A stretch of 64,000 bases of DNA from Candidatus Methylomirabilia bacterium (GTDB taxonomy: Bacteria > Methylomirabilota > Methylomirabilia > Rokubacteriales > CSP1-6). The translations under genes and the position numbers were made by a program. The stretch lies in the NCBI GenBank assembly GCA_046758965.1, contig JBHIBG010000005.1:38596-102595 (forward strand), read 5' to 3'. This document shows positions 18,106 through 26,971 of the stretch, one piece after another; position 1 is the stretch's first letter; each line of letters starts with the position of its first letter. The notes under the pieces are model-generated. The model was given only the letters and a program-made list of their open reading frames with translations, was not told the DNA's origin and made no database searches.

Positions 18106-19440
18106 ATGGCACGTGGCTCGCTGATTGACCTCTCGACCCTGGACATGGCCGGGACCCTCCAGCTCCATGGCGTTGAGGTCGAGGGGGTGAATCGGTGCGT
18201 TCACTGCGGGCTCTGTTTGGCCTACTGCCCCACCTACTCGGAGCTCGGCACCGAGATGGACTCGCCCCGGGGGCGGATCTTCTTGATCAAGTCCCTGGCA
18301 GAAGGCCGGATCGCTCTGACTGACTCGGTGGTCACTCACCTCTCGCTCTGTCTCGATTGCCGCGCATGCGAGAGTGTATGTCCCGCTGGGGTCCCCTACG
18401 GCCAGCTCGTCGAGGCAGCCAAGGGCGAGATCGAGCGGCAGCGGCCGGGTGGACCGCTGCGCCGCCTCTTCCGCTGGGCGAACTTCGCTCTTCTCCTTCC
18501 GCGGGTTCGCCTTCTCGCTCTCGCCGGCTCCATGCTGCGACTCTACCAGCGGAGCGGGCTCCAGGCCCTGGTGCGGGTCACCCGGGTCCTTCGACTCCTC
18601 CCGGGGAGGCTCGCTGTGTGGGAGGCGCTCCTGCCGGAACTGCCGCCGGCGTCCGAGCGGGCTCCGCTGCCCCCGCTGATCCCGGCTCAGGGGGCGCGTC
18701 GGGCTCGCGTGGGGCTCCTGACGGGCTGTATCCAGCAGGAGGTCTTTGGTTCCCACAACCGCGCAACGGCCAGGGTCCTGGCGCGGAATGGGGCGGAGGT
18801 CGTGGTGCCGCAGGCTCAGGCGTGCTGTGGGGCGCTTCACGCCCATGCGGGGGATCATGCTCGCGCACAACACCTGGCTCGCGGGATGATCGACGTGTTC
18901 GATGCCCAGGCGGTTGATGCCGTCGTCGTCAACACCTCCGGGTGCGGTGCTCACATGAAGGCGTACTGGCATCTCTTGAAAGATGACCCGGCGTACGCCG
19001 AGCGAGCCCGGGCGTTTTCCAGGAGGGTTCAGGATATCTCCGAGTTTCTGGCCATGGAGCCACTCCGGGGGCCGTTGGCCCCCGTGCGCCTGACCGCCAC
19101 CTATCATGACCCCTGTCATGTGGTTCATGGCCAGAAGGTCTGGAGCCAGCCCCGTCAGCTGCTCAGCCAGATACCGGAGCTCAAGCTGGTGGAACTCAAC
19201 GAGGCCGACTGGTGTTGTGGCTCGGCAGGGATCTATAACCTCACCCAGCCTGAAATGGCCACGCGGCTCCAGCAGCGCAAGGTCAGGAACCTGTTGGCCA
19301 CTGGGGCTGAAGCCGTGGTCACGGCTAACCCGGGCTGCATCATCCAGATCGTCCAGGGGCTTCGGGCGAGGGGCTCCGCCATCAAGGTCCTTCACCTCGT
19401 GGAGATCCTGGACCAGGCCTCGCGCGGAGGAGAGGGTTGA
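18106..19440 (+). CDS. glcF: Glycolate oxidase Fe-S subunit GlcF
   Basis: CVHCGLCLAYCP and CLDCRACESVCP clusters; two CCG domains; TANPGC. Confidence 0.9.
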   Translation: MARGSLIDLSTLDMAGTLQLHGVEVEGVNRCVHCGLCLAYCPTYSELGTEMDSPRGRIFLIKSLAEGRIALTDSVVTHLSLCLDCRACESVCPAGVPYGQLVEAAKGEIERQRPGGPLRRLFRWANFALLLPRVRLLALAGSMLRLYQRSGLQALVRVTRVLRLLPGRLAVWEALLPELPPASERAPLPPLIPAQGARRARVGLLTGCIQQEVFGSHNRATARVLARNGAEVVVPQAQACCGALHAHAGDHARAQHLARGMIDVFDAQAVDAVVVNTSGCGAHMKAYWHLLKDDPAYAERARAFSRRVQDISEFLAMEPLRGPLAPVRLTATYHDPCHVVHGQKVWSQPRQLLSQIPELKLVELNEADWCCGSAGIYNLTQPEMATRLQQRKVRNLLATGAEAVVTANPGCIIQIVQGLRARGSAIKVLHLVEILDQASRGGEG

Positions 19441-19501
19441 TGGGACGAGCCCGGGTGGGTGCGCTGCACGGTCTCCCGCCCGGGGGGTCGCTGGTTGAGG
19501 A

Positions 19502-20032
19502 GTGAGGGGCGTGTCCCACGACGATTCCACTCCCCGAGAGCACAAGGTTCACGCCCCCAAGAGTGTCCGCTGTTTCGTTCTGACGATCTCCGACACCAAG
19601 ACCCCGGATACAGACGCCAGCGGCCGACTCATCCGCGAGATCTTAGAAAAGGCAGGTCACGAAGTCGTTGCCTCGGCCATCGTTCGCGACGAGCCCTCTC
19701 AGGTTCAGGCCTGTATCCGGCAGCAGTGCGCGCCGGATTCGCGGGTCCAGGCAGTGATCACGACCGGGGGAACCGGGATCACCTCCCGCGATGCCACCTT
19801 CGAGGCGGTGGAGGCGCTCCTTGACAAGCGCCTGCCCGGCTTTGGCGAGCTCTTCCGTTCCCTCTCTTACCAGGAGATCGGGCCCGCCGCCATGCTCTCG
19901 CGGGCCCAGGCGGGGATCAGCCAGGGACGGATTGTCTTCTCTCTCCCGGGATCTCCCAGCGCCTGCCGCCTGGCGATGGAAAAGCTGGTCACTCCCGAGC
20001 TGGGTCATCTCCTTCGCGAGGCAAGCCGCTAG
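19502..20032 (+). CDS. moaB: MoaB/Mog molybdenum cofactor biosynthesis protein
   Basis: LTISDT, ITTGGTG, PGFGELFR, AMLSRA and LPGSP motifs. Confidence 0.9.
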   Translation: MRGVSHDDSTPREHKVHAPKSVRCFVLTISDTKTPDTDASGRLIREILEKAGHEVVASAIVRDEPSQVQACIRQQCAPDSRVQAVITTGGTGITSRDATFEAVEALLDKRLPGFGELFRSLSYQEIGPAAMLSRAQAGISQGRIVFSLPGSPSACRLAMEKLVTPELGHLLREASR

Positions 20033-20034
20033 CC

Positions 20035-21696
20035 ATGGCGATTGTCTGGTACGAATGGGGCGCAGAGGCTTTCGCTCGAGCCCACCGGGAGTCCAAGCCG
20101 ATCCTTCTCTCCCTCACCGCGGCCTGGTGTCACGCCTGCCGCCAGATGGACGCGGAGACCTGGGACCATCCCGGGGTGGAGGCGCTGGTGGAGCGGAGTG
20201 TGGTCCCGGTCAAGGTGGACGCCGACCGCCGCCCTGACCTCTACGGTCGCTACCACCTGGGAGGGCTGCCCACGACGGTGCTTCTCACCTCGCAAGCCGG
20301 GTTCGTCCGGGGCGGCACCTTCCTCTCACCACCCCAGTTCATGGGGTTCCTCAACGACGGGCTGACAACCTTTCGCACGGGGCGGCGCCCCCTGCCGCGG
20401 TCCGCGGGGCGACGAGTCCGGACTGTCCCCCCATCCCCCGAGGGCTTTGCGGCGGCCCAGGTCGCCGCTGTCGAGCGCCGCTACGATCCGGAGCACGCGG
20501 GGTTCGCCCTGGCTCCCAAGCTTCCTCACCCCGAGACCCTGACGTTCCTCCTGCGTCAGCATCCCGCCACGCCAGATGCTCAGCGAATGGCGATCCGGAG
20601 CTTGGAGGCGATCGCGGATCATCTCTGGGACACGGGCGCCGGGGGGTTCTTCCGCTATGCGGCGGGGCGGGACTGGAGCCAGCCGCATACTGAGAAGCTG
20701 GCAGTGGATCAGGCGGCCTTGATCCGGCTCTTCCTTGAGGCGGGCTCGCGGCTTGGCTCCCCTCGCTTCCTCGGTCTCGGCCGAGGCGCGGTCGAGTACG
20801 CGCTGGGTTGGCTCGCCGGCCCCGAAGGGGTTTTCTTCGGAAGCCAGGCCGCCGACCCTTCCTACTACGCCCTTCGCCCGGCCGAGCGCGCTCGGGAGGA
20901 GCCACCAGCGGTGGACCGCCTTGGGTACGCTGATGCCACCGCTGCCATGGCTTCAGCGCTGACCTACGCGGCTGCTGTCCTGGAACTGCCCCAATGGCAG
21001 GCCCGAGCACTGACCGCGGTTGACCGGCTCATGCGACTCGTCCCGCCCGTTCCACTGCCGCACCTCCTCCTCGGCCCCTCCCCAGTGTCGGGATGGTTAA
21101 GAGATCAGGCGCTGGGGATCCAGGCGGCCGTTGACGCCTACCGAGTTTCAGGGCGGGCGGCCTGCCTCCGGTGGGCCGGACAGTTGGCGGAGTGGGCGCT
21201 CAGCCATCTCTGGGACGAGGAGCACGAAGCCTTCAGAGATCTCCCGGGCGATCCGGGGCCCGGGGGCGGCAAGGGTCCAGTGTTCACTCCCGTCGTTGCC
21301 AATGCCTTGATGGCTGAGGCGCTGGCGGAACTCGGCGGTCTTGAGCGCGAATCGCCGTTTGGGGAGTGGGCAGCGCGGCTCCTTACCACGCTCATGACCA
21401 AGACCGACGGCTCTGTCGCTGCTCCCGCTGTGGCTCTCGCGCTCCTGCGGGGGCAGGGGGCGACGGTCGAGGCGGAACTGGCCGGCGAACCGCACACTGC
21501 CGAGGCACAGGCCCTGGCCCGGGCGGTGATTCGAGAGTGCGGCCCGAGGGTGCGCCTCCGCTGGGTGCCGGGACCCGGGCCAGCGGTGACGCTCTGCACC
21601 CCAGAAGCCTGTTTGCCGCCCCTCGAAACTGGTAGAGATCTCGCTGAGAGCCTGAGGACGCTGGGACTTTCGCTGAGGTCAGGGCATTCACTCTGA
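20035..21696 (+). CDS. DUF255/YyaL-like thioredoxin-domain protein
   Basis: WCHACRQM, VKVDADRRPD and GGFFRYA motifs; C-terminal C..C. Confidence 0.8.
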   Translation: MAIVWYEWGAEAFARAHRESKPILLSLTAAWCHACRQMDAETWDHPGVEALVERSVVPVKVDADRRPDLYGRYHLGGLPTTVLLTSQAGFVRGGTFLSPPQFMGFLNDGLTTFRTGRRPLPRSAGRRVRTVPPSPEGFAAAQVAAVERRYDPEHAGFALAPKLPHPETLTFLLRQHPATPDAQRMAIRSLEAIADHLWDTGAGGFFRYAAGRDWSQPHTEKLAVDQAALIRLFLEAGSRLGSPRFLGLGRGAVEYALGWLAGPEGVFFGSQAADPSYYALRPAERAREEPPAVDRLGYADATAAMASALTYAAAVLELPQWQARALTAVDRLMRLVPPVPLPHLLLGPSPVSGWLRDQALGIQAAVDAYRVSGRAACLRWAGQLAEWALSHLWDEEHEAFRDLPGDPGPGGGKGPVFTPVVANALMAEALAELGGLERESPFGEWAARLLTTLMTKTDGSVAAPAVALALLRGQGATVEAELAGEPHTAEAQALARAVIRECGPRVRLRWVPGPGPAVTLCTPEACLPPLETGRDLAESLRTLGLSLRSGHSL

Positions 21697-21708
21697 AGGA
21701 GGAATAGC

Positions 21709-22818
21709 ATGAGGCGGGTTCGCTCTGGAGGAATCCTGCTCGTCGTCGTTTCGCTCGTGTTGCTGTTGGGGTGCACAGCCGCGGCGCCTCCACAGGCTCC
21801 ACTCTGGCAGGAGAGTGCAGGGCGGCCGATTCCGCCGGAGATCGCCCGCTTCAATGATCGGCTGGTCGAGTTAGCGGAGCGGCTCAGGTCCGGGCTGGTT
21901 CAAATCCGGGTGCGCCGCTCAGGATCCTCGGAGGTCGAGGGCGCCGAACCGCATCAGCTCCCGCCCGATGAGAGCCGCCGCACGTCGGGCTCCGGCTTCA
22001 TCATCCGAGAAGATGGGCTCGTTGTGACCAATGCCCACGTGGTGGCGTCAGCGGATCGGATTCAGGTGAGGCTCGCCGACGGGCGGCGCTTCGAAGGGAA
22101 GCTGGTGGGCCAGGATAGCCGCGTGGACCTGGCTTTGGTCAAGGCCGAGGGGGCCGAGAGGCTTCCCGCGCTTCGCCTCGGCGACAGCAACCGGCTGAGG
22201 GTCGGGGAGTTTGTCCTGGCGCTGGGCCATCCCTTCGGGCTCGAGCAGTCCGTTTCCTTCGGCATCGTCAGCCGGAGGGGCGCCCCGCTCCGTGTCGCCG
22301 CGCCCGGCTTCGATTTCATCCAAACCGATGCTGCTGTAAACCCCGGAAACTCCGGCGGGCCGCTGGTGAACATGGCTGGCGACGTGGTAGGAGTGAACAG
22401 CATGGCCACCCGCAACGGCTCTATTGGCTTCGCCATCCCCTCGAGTTTGGTGAAAGCCCTGCTGCCGGAGCTGGCGGCGAAGGGAAGGGTGGAGTGGGGG
22501 TGGCTCGGGGTGAGGATTGACGAAGTCTCCGATGAGGCGGTGCCCAGGCTCGGCCTCAGTGAGGCGCGGGGTGCGTTGATCCGTCAGGTCATGCCGGGTG
22601 AGCCGGCGGATAAGGGCGGGCTCAAGAGTGAGGACGTGATCCTGGCCGTTGATGGCGAGCCTGTCAACAGCCCTCGGGATCTCCAACGGATCATCGCGAC
22701 GACGCCACCCGGGACGACCGTCGTCCTAAAGGTTATGCGCGAGGGGAGAGAGTCCGACCTGGCGGTGACCGTGGGGCTCTACCACGAGCCCGAATCCCCT
22801 GCTCGGCCCGGGCGGTGA
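21709..22818 (+). CDS. HtrA/DegS-like trypsin serine protease with one PDZ domain (lipoprotein)
   Basis: LLGC lipobox; TNAHV, DLA and GNSGGPL catalytic triad; one PDZ. Confidence 0.92.
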   Translation: MRRVRSGGILLVVVSLVLLLGCTAAAPPQAPLWQESAGRPIPPEIARFNDRLVELAERLRSGLVQIRVRRSGSSEVEGAEPHQLPPDESRRTSGSGFIIREDGLVVTNAHVVASADRIQVRLADGRRFEGKLVGQDSRVDLALVKAEGAERLPALRLGDSNRLRVGEFVLALGHPFGLEQSVSFGIVSRRGAPLRVAAPGFDFIQTDAAVNPGNSGGPLVNMAGDVVGVNSMATRNGSIGFAIPSSLVKALLPELAAKGRVEWGWLGVRIDEVSDEAVPRLGLSEARGALIRQVMPGEPADKGGLKSEDVILAVDGEPVNSPRDLQRIIATTPPGTTVVLKVMREGRESDLAVTVGLYHEPESPARPGR

Positions 22819-22861
22819 GACGCCCCGGACTGCTCTCCGGCTCGGCGCGGGCCCGGGTTCC

Positions 22862-24094
22862 CTACCTGCCCGCTTGGGCCGCGGGGAGGGGGGACTCTGC
22901 CGGCGCGCCGTGGCCGTTATCGTCGATAGCACAGGCCTCGGCTCCGGCCCCTTCCCTGTGGATCGAGAGATCCTTGATGGTTGGGTTCTCGCCGCAGAGC
23001 GGGCACTTCGGATCGCGGCGAAGCTTGACCTCTCTGAAGCGCATGCCGAGGGCATCGTAGGTCAAAAGCCGTCCGATCAGCGGCTCCCCGAACTCCGCCA
23101 GCAACTTGAGCGCTTCGGTGGCCTGTATCAGCCCGATCACTCCTGGGAGCACGCCCAGGACGCCGGCCTCGCTTCAGGAGGGCACCAGGCCCGCCGGGGG
23201 CGGGTTGGGATAGAGGCAGCGATAGCACGGCCCCTGGTCGGGGGCCAGGACCGTGGCCATCCCGTCGAACTGGAAGATCGAGCCGTGGACGTTGGTCTTG
23301 CCCTCCAGATAGCAGGCATCGTTGACCAGGTAGCGAGTCTCAAAGTTATCGGAGCCGTCCACGACCAGGTCGTAGTCCCTGATGATGTCGAGGATGTTGT
23401 CCACCGTGATCCGCGTGGGGTAACGGATCACCGCTATGTCAGGATTCAATGCGGTGATGGTTTCGGTCGCCGATTCGACCTTGGGGCGGCCGATGTCGGA
23501 CGTCCGGTGGAGGACCTGGCGCTGGAGGTTGGTGATGTCCACGCGGTCACCGTCGATGATCCCTAACGTGCCGACGCCGGCCGCGGCCAGGTAGAGGCCG
23601 GTGGGGGAGCCTAATCCGCCGGCTCCGATCAAGAGCACCTTGGAGCGGAGGAGCTTGCGCTGGCCCCTCTCGCCAATCTGCCCGAGCAGGAAATGGCGGC
23701 TGTAACGCTGGATCTGCTCGGTGCTGAGGGGAGAGTCTTTGACGATCGGGAAGCCGGACTGGACCCACTTCTGGTAGCCTCCAGCCAGAGAGGTAACGTT
23801 CGTGAACCCGAGCTCTCTGAGGGCTTTGCCGGCCAGGACCGACCGGAGTCCCGTCTGTCAATAGAGGGCGACAGGGGTATTGGGGTCGGTGACCGCCCCC
23901 CCGACCCTGAATTCGAGGAAGCCTCGGCTGATGTTGACTGCGGGCTCTATGTACCCGTCGCGGTATTCGTCGGGGTCTCTGACGTCGATCAGGATCAGCG
24001 ACTCCCCGGCTTCGAGCCGGGCCCTGAGAGCTTCAGGCCCCTCCTCCCTGACAACCTGCCGCGCCTCTGCGAGCATCTCCCTCAAGGTCTTCAT
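22862..24094 (-). CDS. moeB: Rhodanese-MoeB/ThiF fusion (MoeZ-like) with two in-frame UGA codons; probable double selenoprotein (U79, U307), 410 aa
   Basis: Single frame: ...VALY-UGA-QTGLRSVLAGKALRELGFTNVTSLAGGYQKW...QRYSRH...GAGGLGSP...CYRC...GLVPS-UGA-SEAGVLGVLPGVIG...CPLC; UGAs at 23858-60 and 23174-76. Confidence 0.88.
23141..23160 (-). promoter_or_regulatory. Putative bacterial SECIS element for U307
   Basis: UCCUGGG-CGUGCU-CCCAGGA, starting after a 13-nt spacer 3' of the UGA. Confidence 0.6.
23829..23846 (-). promoter_or_regulatory. Putative bacterial SECIS element for U79
   Basis: CCGGUCG-GUCC-UGGCCGG, starting after an 11-nt spacer 3' of the UGA. Confidence 0.6.
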
Positions 24095-24269
24095 TTCAAA
24101 CTCCTATTCGCGATTGAGTCAATAATAACCCCAATTCCGATCGAGTCAAGGGAAAACTCCTTCCGCTCTGCCTTCCCGGAGGGCGGGTTGCTGTACTTCT
24201 CGGATACTTTGGCATGCTATCTTGGAAGATGTTGAAACAGGAAACGGAAATTCCTAACCGGGAAAAGCC

Positions 24270-25331
24270 TTGAAAGGTCTCATTCTCTCTGGGGGCCGGG
24301 GGACCCGGCTTCGCCCGATCACCTACACTTCAGCCAAGCAACTGGTCCCCGTGGCGAACAAACCGATCCTGTTCTATGGCATCGAGGCGTTGGCCGCCTC
24401 AGGGATCACGGAGGTCGGGATCGTCGTCGGGGACACCAAGCGGGAGATCATGGAGGCCGTGGGGGACGGGAGCCGCTTCGGCATCGCGGTCACCTATCTC
24501 GAGCAGGAAGCCCCCCTCGGCCTGGCCCACGCGGTCCTGATCTCCGAGCACTTCCTGGGGCGGGAGCCGTTTCTCATGTATCTCGGGGACAACCTGGTGA
24601 GGGAGAGCCTGGCCTCCTTGGTGCGGCGCTTCGAGGAGGAGAAGCCGAACGCCCAGATCCTCCTGGCGCGCGTTCCCAACCCGCAGCAGTTCGGCGTCGC
24701 CGAGCTCCAGGACGGGAAGGTTGTCCGCCTCGTGGAGAAGCCTAGCCGGCCGCCCTCTGATCTGGCGCTGGTCGGGGTGTACATGTTCGACCAGCATGTC
24801 TTTGATGCCGTGAAAGCCATCAGGCCATCGTGGCGGGGGGAGCTGGAGATCACCGACGCCATCCAGTGGCTGATCGACACCGGACTGAGCGTGCGTCCGT
24901 ATGTCATCGACGGGTGGTGGAAGGACACCGGGAAGCTCGAGGACATTCTCGAGGCCAACCGCATCATCCTGGATACGATTCAGACTCGGGTGGAGGGAGA
25001 GGTGGTGGCCTCCGAGCTGCACGGGAAAGTGATCGTGGAGGCGGGGGCGAGGGTGGTTGGAAGCGTCATCCGCGGCCCCGCCATCATCGGCGCCGGAGCC
25101 GTGATCGAGAACAGTTTCATCGGTCCCTTCACTGCCGTGGGCGAGCAGGCTCTCATCCGCGCCAGCGAGGTCGAGCATTCCATCATCCTCGAAGGTTCCC
25201 GCATCACGGATGTGGGCGGGCGGGTCGAGTCGAGCCTGGTGGGCAGGAACGTGACCATCTACCGGTCCGACGCCAAGCCTAGAGCCTACAACTTCGTGCT
25301 GGGGGACCGGTCCGAGATCCGACTGACGTGA
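24270..25331 (+). CDS. rmlA: Glucose-1-phosphate thymidylyltransferase (long form)
   Basis: LSGGRGTRLRPIT, KQLVPV, EKP, RGELEITDA and WKDTG motifs; hexapeptide-repeat tail. Confidence 0.92.
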   Translation: MKGLILSGGRGTRLRPITYTSAKQLVPVANKPILFYGIEALAASGITEVGIVVGDTKREIMEAVGDGSRFGIAVTYLEQEAPLGLAHAVLISEHFLGREPFLMYLGDNLVRESLASLVRRFEEEKPNAQILLARVPNPQQFGVAELQDGKVVRLVEKPSRPPSDLALVGVYMFDQHVFDAVKAIRPSWRGELEITDAIQWLIDTGLSVRPYVIDGWWKDTGKLEDILEANRIILDTIQTRVEGEVVASELHGKVIVEAGARVVGSVIRGPAIIGAGAVIENSFIGPFTAVGEQALIRASEVEHSIILEGSRITDVGGRVESSLVGRNVTIYRSDAKPRAYNFVLGDRSEIRLT

Positions 25332-25882
25332 GGAGCAACAGGCCGGTGGAGCTCAGCGACAAGGCCCGGCGGGCATTCCAGGTTCAGGAGTACCCTCCGA
25401 AGCCGGTGATGAAAGGGGTTGAGATCGTCGAACTCGCCCGGCATACGGACGACGGCGGCTCCTTCACCGAGCTGGCGCGGCTGACCGCGGGTGCGCCCGC
25501 GGCATTCCCGGAGTTCCGCCTCGCCCAGGTGAACTACAGCGAGGTCGATCCTGAGGTCATCAAGGCCTTTCATCTCCACCGTGAGCAGACCGATATCTGG
25601 TATGTCCCTCCGGGAGACAAGATGCTCCTGGTGCTGATCGACGTTCGGGCCGGATCGCCGACCGAAGGGGCGACGATGCGCCTGGTGCTGGGTGATGGGC
25701 ACTCACGCCTGGTCAAGATCCCTCCGGGAGTGGCCCACGGGTGCCGGAATCTGGCCTCGACGCGGGGCCGCATCATCTACTTTACCGACACGCATTTCAC
25801 CCCGGCTCCGGAGTCGTGCGACGAGGGCCGTCTCCCGTGGGACTACGCGGGGCGCGACATCTGGGAAGTGAGCCATGGGTAG
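25328..25882 (+). CDS. rmlC: dTDP-4-dehydrorhamnose 3,5-epimerase family (cupin)
   Basis: DDGGSFTE, KAFHLH, DVRAGSPT and IPPGVAHG motifs. Confidence 0.82.
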   Translation: MRSNRPVELSDKARRAFQVQEYPPKPVMKGVEIVELARHTDDGGSFTELARLTAGAPAAFPEFRLAQVNYSEVDPEVIKAFHLHREQTDIWYVPPGDKMLLVLIDVRAGSPTEGATMRLVLGDGHSRLVKIPPGVAHGCRNLASTRGRIIYFTDTHFTPAPESCDEGRLPWDYAGRDIWEVSHG

Positions 25883-25900
25883 CGCCCTCGGAGAGGAACG

Positions 25901-26971
25901 ATGAAGATCCTCGTTACTGGCGGGGCGGGATTCATCGGGTCCAATTTCGTTCGCTATCTCCTCACGCGCCACCCCTCGTACGAGATCATCAACCTGGACA
26001 AGCTCACCTACGCGGGCAATCTCGAGAACCTTCGCGACGTGGAGCGGAATCCCCGCTACCGGTTTGTCAGGGGCGACATCTGTGACCGGACCTTGGTGTT
26101 GGAGATCGCGCGGGGCGTGGACGCCATCGTGAACCTAGCTGCTGAGACGCATGTCGACCGCTCGATCATGGGGGCGGGGGATTTTGTCCGGACCGACGTG
26201 TTCGGGACCTTCACCCTTCTGGAGGCGGTGAAGGAGCTTCGAATCCCTCGACTGGTCCAGGTCTCCACGGACGAAGTGTACGGCTCGATCGAGCATGGGG
26301 CCTTCAAGGAGACAGACGCGCTGAACCCATCGAACCCGTACTCGGCCTCCAAGGCCGGCGGCGACCTGCTGGCGCTCTCGTACTGGACGACCTATCGGCT
26401 CCCCGTGATGATCACCCGCGCCTCTAACAACTTCGGGCCGTACCAGTATCCCGAGAAGGTCATCCCGCTGTTTATCACGAACGCGCTGGAGGATCGCCCA
26501 CTGCCGCTCTACGGGGATGGTCGAAACGTCCGGGACTGGCTCTACGTTCTCGATCACTGCGCCGCCCTCGATCAGGTCCTCCACAGGGGAACTGAAGGAG
26601 AGATCTACAATGTCGGGGGCGGCACGGAGCTGGAGAACATCACCCTGACGCGAATGATCCTGGCGGTCCTCCGCAAGCCGGAGAGCCTGATTCAGCGAGT
26701 GACCGATCGCCCCGGCCACGACCGCCGCTATGCGCTGGACTCCGCGAAGATCCAGGCCCTTGGGTGGCGGCCCACGGGTGACTTCGAGGGGGTGCTTCGG
26801 GAGACCGTGGAGTGGTACCGGACCAACGAGTTCTGGTGGCGGCGGTTGAAGTCCGGGGCCTTCAAAGAGTACTACGCGCAGCAGTACACGACCGGATCTC
26901 CCACCCCGCGGGGACGTCGGGTCCCGTCAGGGCCCAAGCGGAGTCGATCGCTGCGGGGGCCCCTACGGTAG
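25901..26971 (+). CDS. rmlB: dTDP-glucose 4,6-dehydratase
   Basis: GGAGFIG, AAETHVDRS, STDEVYG, YSASK and DRPGHDRRY motifs. Confidence 0.95.
   Translation: MKILVTGGAGFIGSNFVRYLLTRHPSYEIINLDKLTYAGNLENLRDVERNPRYRFVRGDICDRTLVLEIARGVDAIVNLAAETHVDRSIMGAGDFVRTDVFGTFTLLEAVKELRIPRLVQVSTDEVYGSIEHGAFKETDALNPSNPYSASKAGGDLLALSYWTTYRLPVMITRASNNFGPYQYPEKVIPLFITNALEDRPLPLYGDGRNVRDWLYVLDHCAALDQVLHRGTEGEIYNVGGGTELENITLTRMILAVLRKPESLIQRVTDRPGHDRRYALDSAKIQALGWRPTGDFEGVLRETVEWYRTNEFWWRRLKSGAFKEYYAQQYTTGSPTPRGRRVPSGPKRSRSLRGPLR

Noticed and set aside
15337..19545. Long antisense ORFs (527, 533 and 515 aa) opposite glcDEF, and similar shadows elsewhere
   Set aside because: They mirror well-supported genes, lack motifs and are expected at high GC.
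22862..24094. Pseudogene or genome-wide UGA reassignment as explanation for the two TGA codons
   Set aside because: Both TGAs fall exactly on conserved Cys positions with no other lesions, which is unlikely for random decay. TGA ends many normal genes here (serS, dnaX, recR, greA), so the code is not globally reassigned.
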